A stretch of 64,000 bases of DNA from Epiperipatus broadwayi (taxonomy: Eukaryota > Animalia > Onychophora), in the NCBI GenBank assembly GCA_028023455.1, contig JAQFVV010000006.1, positions 17,608,001 through 17,672,000 on the forward strand, in the 5' to 3' direction. The position numbers and the translations under genes were made by a program. How positions within the stretch are numbered: the first letter of the stretch is position 1; every line of letters starts with the position of its first letter. A model generated the notes under the pieces. That model searched no databases. It saw nothing but the letters and a program-made list of their open reading frames with translations, and had not been told where the DNA came from. This document shows positions 25,681-37,601 of this stretch, piece after piece.

Positions 25681-26539
25681 TATATATTTATTTATAATCT
25701 CTTCATTGACTTTTTCTCCTAATTTAAATTTTACATATTTAATTAACAGTAATATATTTTTAAAAACTCAATTGTTGTTTAATATGATTGTATAATGCAT
25801 AGAATTTTGGCAATTAACATAATATTGAATTTCAGACTCTTTATAAAATCCTCACAAAAAAAAAAATGATTGTAATGAAATTTTTAACTATAAACTGATA
25901 TTAAACTACTATTTATAAGAAAGTAAGTGCTAATAAACAGTAATGGTATATACAGATATTAAATACTGCATGATTAAAATCTTTTTAAAACCTGTCTCTA
26001 ATAGTAAGAAAATGTTTTGTTACAGTATATTCATTGAATTATCCTTAACGTTTATGACATTAAACTAAATTGTTGTCTTTTTTTATTACTCTGTTTGAAA
26101 CTTCCATTTCCAGACCAACAGACTTTATAATAACCATAGAAACTAAATGTAAATTTTAACATGGGCTATGTAAATCACTGTTAATCTGAAATTGTTTATT
26201 CCAAGGTTATTTCGGATCTCAAGAATTGATCGTTTATCTTTTCATTATAAATCCACACTCCTAATGAGAGAATAAACTGGCAGCTCACTACTATGAGTTC
26301 ATTAATTTATAAATATTTCCAGAATATTTTATTTTATTTTTTAATTTTGTTACTCTATAATTGTGCTTTACACACATGTGAAGAAGCTATATAGTGTAAT
26401 AATTAATAATCTTAATTAATCATCTGAGCACTTTCGGGAAGTCTAAGTTCCTATAATCATAGCTCATTACCAATTGAAAAATGCTTGTAATAAAGCCTTA
26501 TGTAAATTTATGCAAATTGATTATAGTTTCCATTTTTTA

Positions 26540-26930
26540 GAAATGCAGAGTTCTGTTTGGGGTCACTTGATATATAGCAGGCTTCTTTGACCTTGCATTT
26601 AGCATCATTTCTTTTGGTGCAGATCATCTTGGCAATTGTTGGTTGGAAGGCATGGCCAGCATAAACTAATTTATTAGTTTTAAAAGGTTAAAGATTATTT
26701 TTTGGGTTCTTTGGTCAGTTGTCGGTTTTACATCTTTATTGACCGCACATGCAAGAGCCAATTAATAAGTGAAGTTTTACGATTTTTTTTTTCATTTCTA
26801 TTTTACAAAAGAAAAATCTGGGATCATCTCTTCTATTTGCCCTTCATTATTTAGTGCATGTAGATTGCCAAAATGTGGAGTATAAGGTCCTCATATCACT
26901 TCCAATTCTGATATTTCCAGCATTCAAACT
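26540..26930 (-). mobile_element. Possible decayed non-LTR retrotransposon fragment (R4/Dong-like N-terminal region)
   Basis: Minus strand reads TNKLVYAG, resembling an N.LVYA(G/A)A motif recalled from R4/Dong elements. Otherwise degenerate. Confidence 0.3.
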
Positions 26931-28040
26931 TTTTATGAACTTAAACCACTAAACATCACATGATCACTATCTCTTATATTAGCACATGGAGAGTTTTGCC
27001 TTGTTCTTATGAACTTCTGAGTGGTATAGTGTCTAATTCTGGAATTTGAGGCCCTAGGAATAAACATTTTGTTTCTAAATAGCTGCATATTTATATCCTG
27101 GTTTTAAGAATATGCATGAATATATAAAAGTACTCATCACACATCAAAATATATCAAAAAAAAAAATCCCTTTTGTGTGTGTGTGTGTAATGATAAGCAA
27201 AACCAGTCATATGGAGGAAAAATTTAAAGTTGTTTTACCTTATATGAAATGCACAATAAATTATATAAACAACATATTTAGTAAATACAATATGAAATTA
27301 ACCCATTTAATAAATTAAGCATTTCCCCCCAGACCAAAAGATAATGTAAATCTTGAAAATCAATAAATCTATGAAATTTTCTCGAAGAATTGTCTTGTAT
27401 CTTACATTAGGCAAAGCAAAAGAAAAATGGTTATCTAAAGAGAAAAACATAGGAAAGCTGGAAAAAAAAAGTGTTCTTTTATTATTTACTGACTTAACTA
27501 AAATTCTTTTTAAATATAACAGATTAGAAAATAGATTTAACAATAACACATCCTATTTAAACAAAACAAGATGGTACTTTGATGTGTTTTGATATCTAGA
27601 TTGCTCCTACTTATTTTCTGAGTTTTGTCACGATTTCTGCTACTTGTATAAATTTGTCTCATTTTTTTTTTTTTCTCTACTGGATACCTTTATTTACATA
27701 CAATGTTATATCTATACTTCTTTGGATTCTAGTTAATATTATTCTGAAGAATTGTGGTGTTATTGAGACTGCAAAACAATCTTAGATACTATGTAAAACC
27801 AGTGATCAGGATTGTTTACCTGTTGGTATTTTTGTGCATGAATAGTCCTGACTATTGCTATACCTAGGAAAACTCAAAAATGATAATATATATAATAAAT
27901 AGCAACAACATTGCTATTAAATGAGTTGAAATTTAATTTTATTCCAACAGTTGTAATTTACACAGACTCAAACGCATAAATACTAAGTAAGAATTTAAAT
28001 ATCTTTATTAAATTATTAGCTTATATATAATATTCCAATA

Positions 28041-28375
28041 TATATTAAATACAGTAATGTTCATATAATGTAACTTATTCTATTAGAAGTACTTTCGACT
28101 ATGTTCCTTTTAGCCTTTGTCAACTATATAACTTTGAATAATCAAAACGAGGCATCATTTTATAACTCCCATAATTCCATTCAGTCTTACCAGAATTCTG
28201 TTATTTTAATGATGATTGACAATTTATTAACATTTAACGATTTCTTGAAATTAATATAGCCTCTTTTATTTTACCGTTATTATTCAACGTTACAAAGACT
28301 AAAAAGAATATAGTCGAAAGTACTCCTAATAAAATAAATTAAATTATATGAATACTACTGTATTTAATATATATA
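28041..28375. mobile_element. MITE-like fold-back element
   Basis: tattagaagtactttcgactatgttccttttagcctttgt / acaaagactaaaaagaatatagtcgaaagtactcctaata, with further outer complementarity. Confidence 0.7.
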
Positions 28376-28594
28376 TAAATGTGAATATTGAATATATTTT
28401 GGAAAGAATACAGACATCAAACTTAATTTATTGCATATATATATATATATGCGCACATATTTGGAAATGAAACATTTAAACACCATATTTAATATTTTGT
28501 AAATCTAATTGACTCTTACTATTGTGCACAAATAAAATTGAATTAATTTTAATCAGCCTTGATAATAAATTATTAAAAAAACATCAAATTGTCA

Positions 28595-28707
28595 AGCGTT
28601 GTTAGCCGAGAAGTCATCTCAGCCGCCTTGCAAGCAAGTATTTGGTTGCAGACGGTTGTGGGTTCGCGTTCCGGCCGATGCTATGACATATGAAAAAAAA
28701 AAAAAAA
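28595..28707 (+). mobile_element. tRNA-derived short SINE, subfamily 2
   Basis: gcgttgttagccgagaagtc...gggttcgcgttccggccgatgctatgacatatg plus A15. Confidence 0.85.
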
Positions 28708-29824
28708 TGTTTTGAAAAATATATCCATTTTCAAATTTGTATTTGATAAAATTAGAATCTATTCAAACGCCACCTTATGCCAATGCATTAGTATATGAAT
28801 ATTATTACAATCATGTTAACAGATATTGAGAATTCAATAAATGTAATTATTCATTCGCTTTGTTGGAGACAAAGAATTCTTAAATATTATAGAACATAGT
28901 GCAAAACAATTTCTTCAGACCCCCCCCCCGTTTACTAATATCATTATAACAAATATTGCATGAAGCAGAATGCATAAAATACTTATGTATCTTAATATTT
29001 AATGCTCGTACTTACTTCACAAGTTTAAAATTCTTTGTAGATATTATTAACTATTTAAAGATGAATTTTGTCTATTTTATTTTTAAAGAACCTATATATT
29101 TATTATGAATCAGAAATTCACTTGGATTAACAAATGAACTATATTCAATCTTGTTTGAATTTTGCAAATAAAACTGGAAAAAATATTCAGGTTTCAATCA
29201 GACTTTGGATTTTTTCTTCCCCCAGGTGATTGGCTCATAATCAATTTAGCTAACCCCACAATATTTTGTTTATGAGTGTGTAGATTTTCGTAACTAGAGG
29301 TTAAATAATGATGGAAAATAAACTCTCATCTTCCATAGATTAGCAGAACTAGTGGTCACTGTCTTTTCCTTTACTCTATGGGGGGGGGGGCTAGAAAAGA
29401 CTGCCTTTTAGTGGGAGGGGGGATTTAAAGACTGTTTCACTTATATGTAAAAGTATTTTCAGAAAGGCAACAATAAAGGTTACCATATTTTTGAAAAAAT
29501 GTTGGTTGTTTTTTTATGTGAGAAACTATTTTTGTTTGAGCTAATTTTTTAAAATAATATTAGGTTTGTTTTTGTATTGTTATAAGTATTATCTGAAACA
29601 TAGAATGTAAAAATATATTGTAGCTTCATATTTGAATGCTATTATTCACTTAGATTAAACTTGAGGCAAAGAATTAAATATTAATCCTTGTTTGTTCTAT
29701 TTATTTTTGATATAAAAAATTTGTCTTTAAAGAAATTCATTCATATACATGAAAATTATACATTTGTAAGTAACAAAATTTTTTTTGCCAATATGATTTT
29801 TTTTTTTTTTTTCTGAATTTTTAG

Positions 29825-30030
29825 ACCAAGATTTGTTGCGTCGGGAATTAGATAGTCGATTTTTAGCAACTCATGATCGTACCGCGACAATCCCTCCTCC
29901 GTATATGCGGACTGAAATGCACCAGCATCAACATCAGCATCAACACACACACATGCATCAACATAGTCATTCGTTGAATTTACCACCTCCCCTTGGAAGT
30001 TCCCTTGTTCCCAACCCAGCCCCACATCTG
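29825..30030 (+). CDS. AUTS2: Internal coding exon carrying the AUTS2-family signature and HQHQ (HX) repeat, equivalent to vertebrate exon 9
   Basis: Long poly-T tract then ttttag|, donor catctg|gtaaga. Length 206 nt, phase 1 to 0. Translation (Y)[68 protein letters not shown], against recalled human EQDILRQELNTRFLAS...[23 protein letters not shown]...PTPAPPM. Confidence 0.96.
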
Positions 30031-31454
30031 GTAAGAATAATTTTTAACATTACTTTCTTAAATATTTTGTTTAGTCTATGTATGTCTAATTTATTAACTA
30101 TATATTTATGCTTTGCACACATTGATTGATATACATAAATACCTTATTTGATCTTAGAATTTTTTAAAAAAAACTGAAGTCTTATTTTTATGGGTTTTAT
30201 TTACGTTTCTAGTTTGGAGATTGCCAGCTGCTAAGTATAAACATAAACTTTTACTAGATTTGTGTATTTATATGTTACATGGTAACATAAAGATTCCAAA
30301 TATATATTTTTATGTGTAGCTAATGTAAAATAAATAGGTTTATATTTTGGAATTTTTGATTTGTGAATATTCTATATTACTGGTATCATAGAAAGCAGAT
30401 CTTAATTCACTGAAACTTGTTGTATTTGACAATATTATCACATATGAGTTTGTTAAAAAAAATACATTCTGATAGTATTTGTGACATAACTGTATTATTT
30501 AAATGATCAACTGGAAATATTTTGCTATATCTTTTATGTCATCAATGGTAACCAAGAAATCATCCAGCACTGACATATTATGATTCTTTGCTGATAGATT
30601 TGTTAATTAATGTCTTTATGAAAAGATTTAAAGATAATTAGCTATCTTCTTTTATCTTGTGCGATAGAAATTGTGAAAAAATTATTTCCTCTTTTTAGAG
30701 CTTTTAGTATGATAGTAATAAAACTGAATTTCCTCCTCCTCAGTTACTCTTACTTGTATCTCTTGAAGTTTAGTACCACGGTTTGTGAATTGATTCCCAG
30801 ATTAGAAAAGTACCCCCAAAAAAATTCTTAATTGGATTAACTGAATAGATGATTAGTTTGTCACTTTGGTCTAACATCATATATTGAATCAATTAGTAAA
30901 TGGTTGAGTTCAAAATAGTCTTGGGGTATATTGTATGAAAACATACTTCATTGTTTGCTTTGTTTTTAATTTTATAGATTTTATACTTTGAATTGCAAAA
31001 CATATGAACTTATAAAATAATAGATTTAACAGGAAATTTTACTTGCAAATATAGTTAAACCAGATGGGAAAAGAAAGTGCATTAATGGACATTCAAGGGT
31101 ATGCACTCTCTGTGGGCAACTGTAAATGTTGGGAATAATTATAACAATCAAATTCAACTTTCTTATCTCCAGTTTATTACTGAATATAAACAAAGATTGA
31201 AAAAACAAGTCTACCAATCAATCTCGTTGTGAGCCGAGGAGGAATAGAACTAATAACTACGATAATCATTCGAAAGAATTATCTTTTCAATTCGGTTTTA
31301 TGTGATTTGCAGATGGGTCACAAATAATAATTTCAACTTCAGAACATATGTTGTCATATAATAGAGAACCTAGAAAGTAGAAAGCAGTTATGATAGACTG
31401 GATGTTATTGTCAACCTGACTTGTCCATGTAATGGATGAAATTCCATAACAATA

Positions 31455-31565
31455 ATTTTAGCCCTGCACAGTTGGTAGAGTGTCCAACTTGGGATCGGGA
31501 GGCCCCAGGATCGATTTCTGCACTGACAGGTCTGACACTCAAACTTCTTATGAACTTCTGAGCAG
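31455..31565 (+). mobile_element. Degenerate tRNA(Pro)-like SINE head
   Basis: gcacagttggtagagtg...cttgggatcgggaggccccaggatcgatttc: degenerate A and B boxes and a TGG anticodon-like loop. The downstream cttatgaacttctgag also occurs near 27007. Confidence 0.45.
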
Positions 31566-33080
31566 TAATGTTATATGCCTTTTTTTTAACATTTGTAACT
31601 GAGGCTGCTAATGACAGAATTGTCAGTTTAGTTTATGTTATCCAATCTAAACAGATTGAGTATGAAATATACTCTTGCTGTAAAGAAAGAATTTTAAAAT
31701 ATCCTTTATTGTATCTGAGTTATTTTCTCAAATACAGCAATAATATTTCTTTTGTTATTACTTTTATGGTATTATTCAGAAGATGCGATGAGAAATATTT
31801 TTAAAGTCATAAAGGAGTTATATTGAATCAACATGTTTTTTTTACAGTAGACTTTCCCTGTAACAATAAGATGGGAAAAACAAATTTATCGATTTCTATT
31901 ATTTTTAGCATTAGTTTCTAAATTGTTTTCACAATCCTGGTTCTTATTTGCATTAGTCTGGGGGTTAAGGATAATGAAAATATCTAAGATTTTTATCCTG
32001 ATATTTTTGAAAATTTAAAATATGTAGGTAGCATATAGAACTTTTGTATAATCAAAACGGCATTTACGTAAACCATATAAAAAAATTTTCTCCATGTTAT
32101 TAAAACAATTAATAATTTCTTTCAGTTTTTTTTTTTTTGTTTACCATGCTTGATGTTATATATAAACATAACTGATTTTTATATTATGCATAAGAATGCT
32201 CTTTGGATTAGATTCGGCTCTTTTGCATTGTTAAGTGGGGAAAAACATAGCCTCTAACGTGTTTATGTTAATTAGCTTCATGCAGCAACCTGCATTCAGT
32301 AAAGGCAAGAAGTTTGATTCAGATTCTTGTGGTATCAGAAGAAATTATAGATGATGTTATAATCCTTTCTTTTTGCTTCTTAAAGAAAAGTAGCAACTTA
32401 ACTGACTTTATTTTAGATTCATTGGGTGATATGTCATTTAGAAGCTCTGTTTGAAATTGATCAATGTAATTAATTTTTTCCTAATTAGTAACTAGTTAAC
32501 TAACATTTTCACACATTTTGAGCTTCAGGATTTCTTATTGTTCACTTATTCATTCATTTACTAATAAGTGTTTGGTGCCATTGGTTACCATTTATCAAAC
32601 TCTTTGTGAATTAAAACTGTTTTAGAATGTATAAGCTCATAAAATAAAAATAAACTTTTGAAGTGGTATAAAAGTGTGTCAAAAATAGCGCTGTTAACAG
32701 TTTTATTTTTAGTATATTAGTTACAGGTATTGACATGTCTTATTGCAATAACCCTTAACTATTAAAGATATAGATAAATAGTATTTACAGCTTAATTATG
32801 AAATTAATATCAAGAGAAAAGAAAGGATGGAGGCAGTTAAGATATTAACTGCCATTAGGAAAAACCATAGTCCACAATTTGGACTTGCTAATAAATAGTG
32901 ATCAAGTGGAAAGAAGAATAAAAGAAGTCTTTTTCCAATAAAAAAATCAGATTAACTTGAAATTATGATGAGGTTGTGTTATTTATAGTATGATGTTTTC
33001 TTCTATTTAAACAATGTTTATCTTAGGGCATATGCCTATTAATTTAACTGCAATCTTATTATAAAAAAAACATTATCACT

Positions 33081-33640
33081 TGTTGTAATTAGAAGAGATT
33101 GAACTTAGATTTTCAAGCTTTTCTACAGCTATCCACCCCATATTATACCACCAATATACGTATTTTGTGCGGAACCAGCAATCATCAATTGGTCCAGATC
33201 ATCTCCCACACACATAAATATAATCAGTTCTCTGTTTATATTAAGACAACAAATTTTCAAACTTTAATGGACAGGCTTCCATCTTCTCTACCTCCCAACT
33301 GTTCACCCATCCATATCATTGAAAATCTGATGATGGAACACTCAAAACCCTTGTTGATACCAATCTTATTATCATATCCATGTTGACTTTAAGTCATTCT
33401 GACACTTTATATATAGGACCATAATATGTCCATTTAAATACATAGAAAAGAGATGGATAGAATACAGGCTGAATATGTAATATTTAAAATGCAAGTATAT
33501 TGTCTATATTGAATTTAATGTAATTAGAAGATATTTGAACTCAGGCTTTGGTTGTATAAGATGGAGTGGATAGCTGTAGGGAGCTTGAAAGTTTTCCTTT
33601 TAATTGCATTAAGTTCATCTGTATAAACAATATACTTATA
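33081..33640 (-). mobile_element. Family A monomer (about 435 bp) with terminal direct repeat and an inverted tail, containing a hammerhead motif
   Basis: gtaattagaag...tgaact occurs at 33085 and 33520 (offset 435). An inverted segment follows at about 33550-33640. Internal homology to 8940-9250. Confidence 0.75.
33150..33195 (-). ncRNA. Decayed type I hammerhead ribozyme motif with palindromic stem III
   Basis: Minus strand: ggaccaa tTGATGA ttgc tggttcc gcac aAAA tacgta TA ttggt. The ATACGTAT palindrome and stem I are intact; C3 and G12 are mutated. Confidence 0.62.
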
Positions 33641-34019
33641 TTTAGACATGATCACTTTTTGATTATACTTAAAAGAAACTTAGGAGTAATAGTATAGCAA
33701 ACTAAAGAATGAATTGATTACTTTCAGACAAGGTATAGATTTAAAAATATAAGGATTCAAGAATAAAATGCAGCGAAGATTTGGGTTCAGTGAATGCCTA
33801 ATCAAAAGAATAAAATTTCTGTTGGGTGAATGAGGATACATTTCAAATGAAATTTTTAATATTGGTGAGGAAGAACTATATTGGAGATTAATTGCTCCCC
33901 TTCATTTCTTAAAAATAAATAACTTATTCTATTTTAAGATAATAAAAAAACAAACACATCTTTTCATTGGCGATGTCTGGTAGTGTGTGTGTGTATTGTC
34001 GTTATTGATTTATAGAAGT

Positions 34020-34620
34020 GAAATGCCAAATCATTATTACCAGTTGTTTGAAAATATAATTAAAAAAAAGCTCCACATAGGAAAAGTATGGGAAAATTTG
34101 GTAGTGTTAATTTTAGATATTACTAGAAATTTTGACAGTTCACAACCAAGCTTCCTTGGTCAAGAGAGTTATTAATATTTTGAAAGCCCATTATTAATTA
34201 CAACTTATTTTTTAATAAACACAACAAATGTCCTTCGTGGCAAGATTGTACAAGATTTTTGAAATAAACTTTATTTTTTATTCTGTTAAATCTCTTGTTC
34301 AAATTTGGGAGCTTTTCCATATTTGAAATTTTATATCAAGAAGCTTTTTTATCATTTGAAGGCAATAGATGTGAAAACTGCTCTTGAAATGAATAAAAGT
34401 GGCATCCATTATCAATGAAGAACTTACAGAAGTCAATCTGTTGACAATCAACGAACAGAAAACTGAAAAAAAGTAGTCAACTCATTTGAATAAAAGTGGA
34501 TCTGACAGTATAAAACTTGAGAGAATTTTTTATAAAACTTTTAAGATATTAAACCTCCTTTCAGATTTGAAGATGAAAAGGAATGCATACTACAGTAAAA
34601 TTTAATCTCAAAAATTAAGT
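34020..34620 (+). mobile_element. Decayed non-LTR reverse transcriptase fragment
   Basis: ORF-track peptide LVVLILDITRNFDSSQPSFL resembles the RT motif ..flDi.kAFD.V.h..L. Downstream sequence is frameshifted. Confidence 0.4.
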
Positions 34621-35490
34621 GCAAAAAAAGGGTGTGGCTTTTTTATGTTAGTAAGGACTGAAGACTTGAACCAAATTCTTCCTAATAATTTTGTTGACTG
34701 TAATTGATTTAATCTGTAATTTTTATTTATTTAGGTTTTTTTTTAAGTATATAAGTGCAATGTTTACACTCATATATTAATTATTCAAATATATTATTCA
34801 TCAATATATTTTTGCAAGTTACTGTTCCAGTTAAGGATTACTTACATTATTACTATGGCTTGTTTGCCTTTATTATTCATTCATTAGTATTGTTTTTTTT
34901 TTTTTTTATAAATCCAACTATTTACTGTGTTTTCTACAACTGAAACACAAGGAAATAATACCCCCAATTCCCTCAGAAACTTCATTTTTACATAAAATAT
35001 TTGCAAAACTGTGAAATGTTGGAATCAGCATTGAAAATTTTCTTGAATGATTTGAATATGTTTGATATCCAGGTTTTAGTAATTAGGCTTTATATATATG
35101 CTTATTATGTTCTTTGCCTAGATGTTGGTTGTGATAACTATGCAATAAGCTATTATTACCAAGTGAAAGAACGAGATTTATGTCATTGATAATTTGCTAT
35201 TGTTTTGCTATTCCCTTACTCCTTAATGTAATGTATTCTGGCATCTCACATTTAGAGCACTTCATGAAATAATGAAATTGCTTATATCAAGATGTGTAGG
35301 ATTCACATCTATGTTTATGACTTTGGTAGTTGATATTTAAAGATGGAAATCCCTCCCTTTTGTATCTTTTTTTCCAAAGTGATCCAGGAACAAACAATAC
35401 ATATGTATTAAAAAAATACATATTCTATCTTTTCTTTTGAAACTTGTTTATTTATTGCTCAATCATAAAATATCCACATTTTCCTTTTGT

Positions 35491-35535
35491 AGTTCTTTGA
35501 TGAAGACCATTATGGTGAGATGGTCGAAATGAGGG
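35491..35535 (+). ncRNA. Truncated hammerhead-like motif with a perfect stem II
   Basis: tTGATGA a GACCAT tatggtgag ATGGTC GAAA tg aggg. Six-bp stem II and GAAA intact; C3 mutated and stem III apparently deleted. Confidence 0.45.
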
Positions 35536-36603
35536 GGGAAAGGAATAGATTTTAATGATTCACTGATTAATAAACAAATTTTAAAAGAAAAGATGGGAAA
35601 TAAAATTGTATTTTATTTAAGACAGTTTAATTTGTATTTTAATACATATATTATGTATAATGTGTGTTTTTAATCATACTGGATTTTTTTTAACATTAAT
35701 GAGTTTTATTATCACGGAGTAAGCAGAATATTTTTAATGTTTTTTAAGTAACTTCCTTTTCTTTTTGTTTCATTTTTATTTTTATTTGACTTTTTTTTTT
35801 AATAATGTATTATTTGTTTATTAAGTCTGTTGCATATATTTTATATATATATATTATAGAAGGGGGAGGTGAGTAGTATTTATTTTTAAAACATAATGGT
35901 AATTGCATAATAGGTATTTTTTTTTTTTTAAAAAAAAAGCCCCGAGGTTTCTTAAAAACAAATAATAAGTACTAAATGTTGGTTTTGTTAAAAATGGTTT
36001 AAAATACTTTTGATATTTTTAATTTTCTGCGTGTGTGTTTATATATAAAGGATTTTTTTTTTTTTAACATTACCATGTTAATGTGTTCAATTTTGAGTAT
36101 GGGTAAGTGCAGTAATAATAATAAAAAAGGTTTTTTTTAATATTTTAAAAAGAAATATTTATACTTATTTTCATATTATGTTGTTGTATGTAGTTAGTTT
36201 TAAAATGAACTATTGATACTGTAGATGAAATAGATAAAGGCTTTTTTTCATCTTACAGTTACTTATGATTGTCATTGTTAATAATATAATAGAATATTAT
36301 TACTCTGAAATTTTGTCCTTTTTTTTTAGATTTGAGAATTTTTCGGATTTCAAAAATAAACCTTCCCTTGTGCTTATTATAAACTTAAATTTTGCTGAAA
36401 ATTTAAACAAACATTAATTTCATTATAGAGAATACGCTTATATTTATCAATTCAATATTTATACAACTATAGTTGTAAAAATCAAAACAATATTTAGTAA
36501 TTTTTATCTGGATAATAGGAAGATTTCGAATTAGAGATGTTTGGATTAATAGCAATCTGTCTATATATTTACTTTTATAATTCAGTTTACATATATACTT
36601 CTG

Positions 36604-36708
36604 TTTTTTTTTTTTAAGTGTCATAGCATCGGCCGGGACGCGAACCCGTAACCCGGGCAACTGCCTGCAAGTGCAAGGCAGTCGCGCTGACCTCTCGACC
36701 ACCAATGC
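36604..36708 (-). mobile_element. tRNA-derived short SINE, subfamily 1, best-preserved copy
   Basis: Minus strand: GCATTGGtggtcgagaggtcagcgcgactgccttgcacttgcaggcagttgcccgggttacgggttcgcgtcccggCCGATGCtatgacactt plus poly-A. The 7-bp acceptor stem and the T arm still pair. Confidence 0.88.
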
Positions 36709-36884
36709 AAGACTAGATAATTGCTGTTTGTAATCAACTTTTTTATATTAATCATTAATATTTGCAAATGTATGATTACTTCTTTATCTATCTTGTATTT
36801 CTCTTTGTTTACTTATGCACATCTATCTTGCATTTCTCTTTGTTTATTTATGCACAATCTTACATATTTTTTTAAATAACACTG

Positions 36885-37190
36885 TACTTAGATCTACTGA
36901 TGACTCATAATTTATGTTGAAATGCATCTTAGAAATCATTAAATTTTTCATTTGTCTGTAATCATGTGTTTATAGAAGTAAAGTAAATGCATAAAATCTT
37001 ATTTGAGAAATATATTCGATTTATGATTTGTCTTGTGTGATTTCTTTTTTATCTATGTTTTATCTTTTTTTATTGTTATTGTTCTGATTCTATATAATAC
37101 AACATTTAGACTAACTGATGAAACATAGTTTATATTAAAATGCAACTTGGGAATCTTTTACATTTTTCTTTATCCGTAGTCATATATTTA
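36885..37190 (+). repeat. Diverged tandem dimer (218-bp period), each unit with a decayed hammerhead motif (family B)
   Basis: cta CTGATGA ctcataatttatgtt GAAA tgcatc ttag at 36897 and ctaa CTGATGA aacatagtttatatt aAAA tgcaac ttgg at 37115. The flanks also align loosely. Confidence 0.55.
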
Positions 37191-37428
37191 AAGACATACT
37201 CAATCTCTAAACATGAATGTAATACAAATAGGAAAAAATTATTTTTCCAGTTATATCACATGACATTTTTGTAATTGAATCATTAAGAACAAGTTCACTA
37301 TTGTTTGATTGAATCTTTGCTTTCTTTTTTATGTATATAATTTTCTATTCATTTTAATCATCTATTTCTTAATACAGTATTTTTAAAACATATTTGTCAT
37401 TAGTAAAGTGGCTTAAAAAAAAGTATAA

Positions 37429-37601
37429 AGGCAATCCTCTACTTGCATAAATAGGACATCTTCCATTTTTTGCTAAGCTGTTAGACCTCTCAAATTATGA
37501 GAAGACAACAGTGACTGGGTCATGTTGATTTATACATAAGTTGGGTTTTTTTTCCATTTATGTATGTCAGAAATACTTCAATCGTAAGTAGAGGATTGCC
37601 T
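37429..37601. mobile_element. Short MITE with 16-bp perfect terminal inverted repeats
   Basis: aggcaatcctctactt / aagtagaggattgcct. Confidence 0.65.

Noticed and set aside
27744-27790. CTGAAGA...actgc aAAA caatc as another decayed hammerhead
   Set aside because: Stem II needs several G-U pairs and stem I does not pair, so it is too degenerate to call.
29756-30129. Antisense ORF 29756-30025 and the VRIIFNITF... extension of the + ORF
   Set aside because: The antisense ORF is a shadow of the HQHQ exon. The extension lies beyond the CTG|gtaaga donor in AT-rich intron.
24319-36708. SINE copies as functional tRNA genes
   Set aside because: Non-canonical T-loop (TTCGCGT), poor D-stem, altered anticodon loop, shared 3' tag and poly-A tails indicate retroposed copies.
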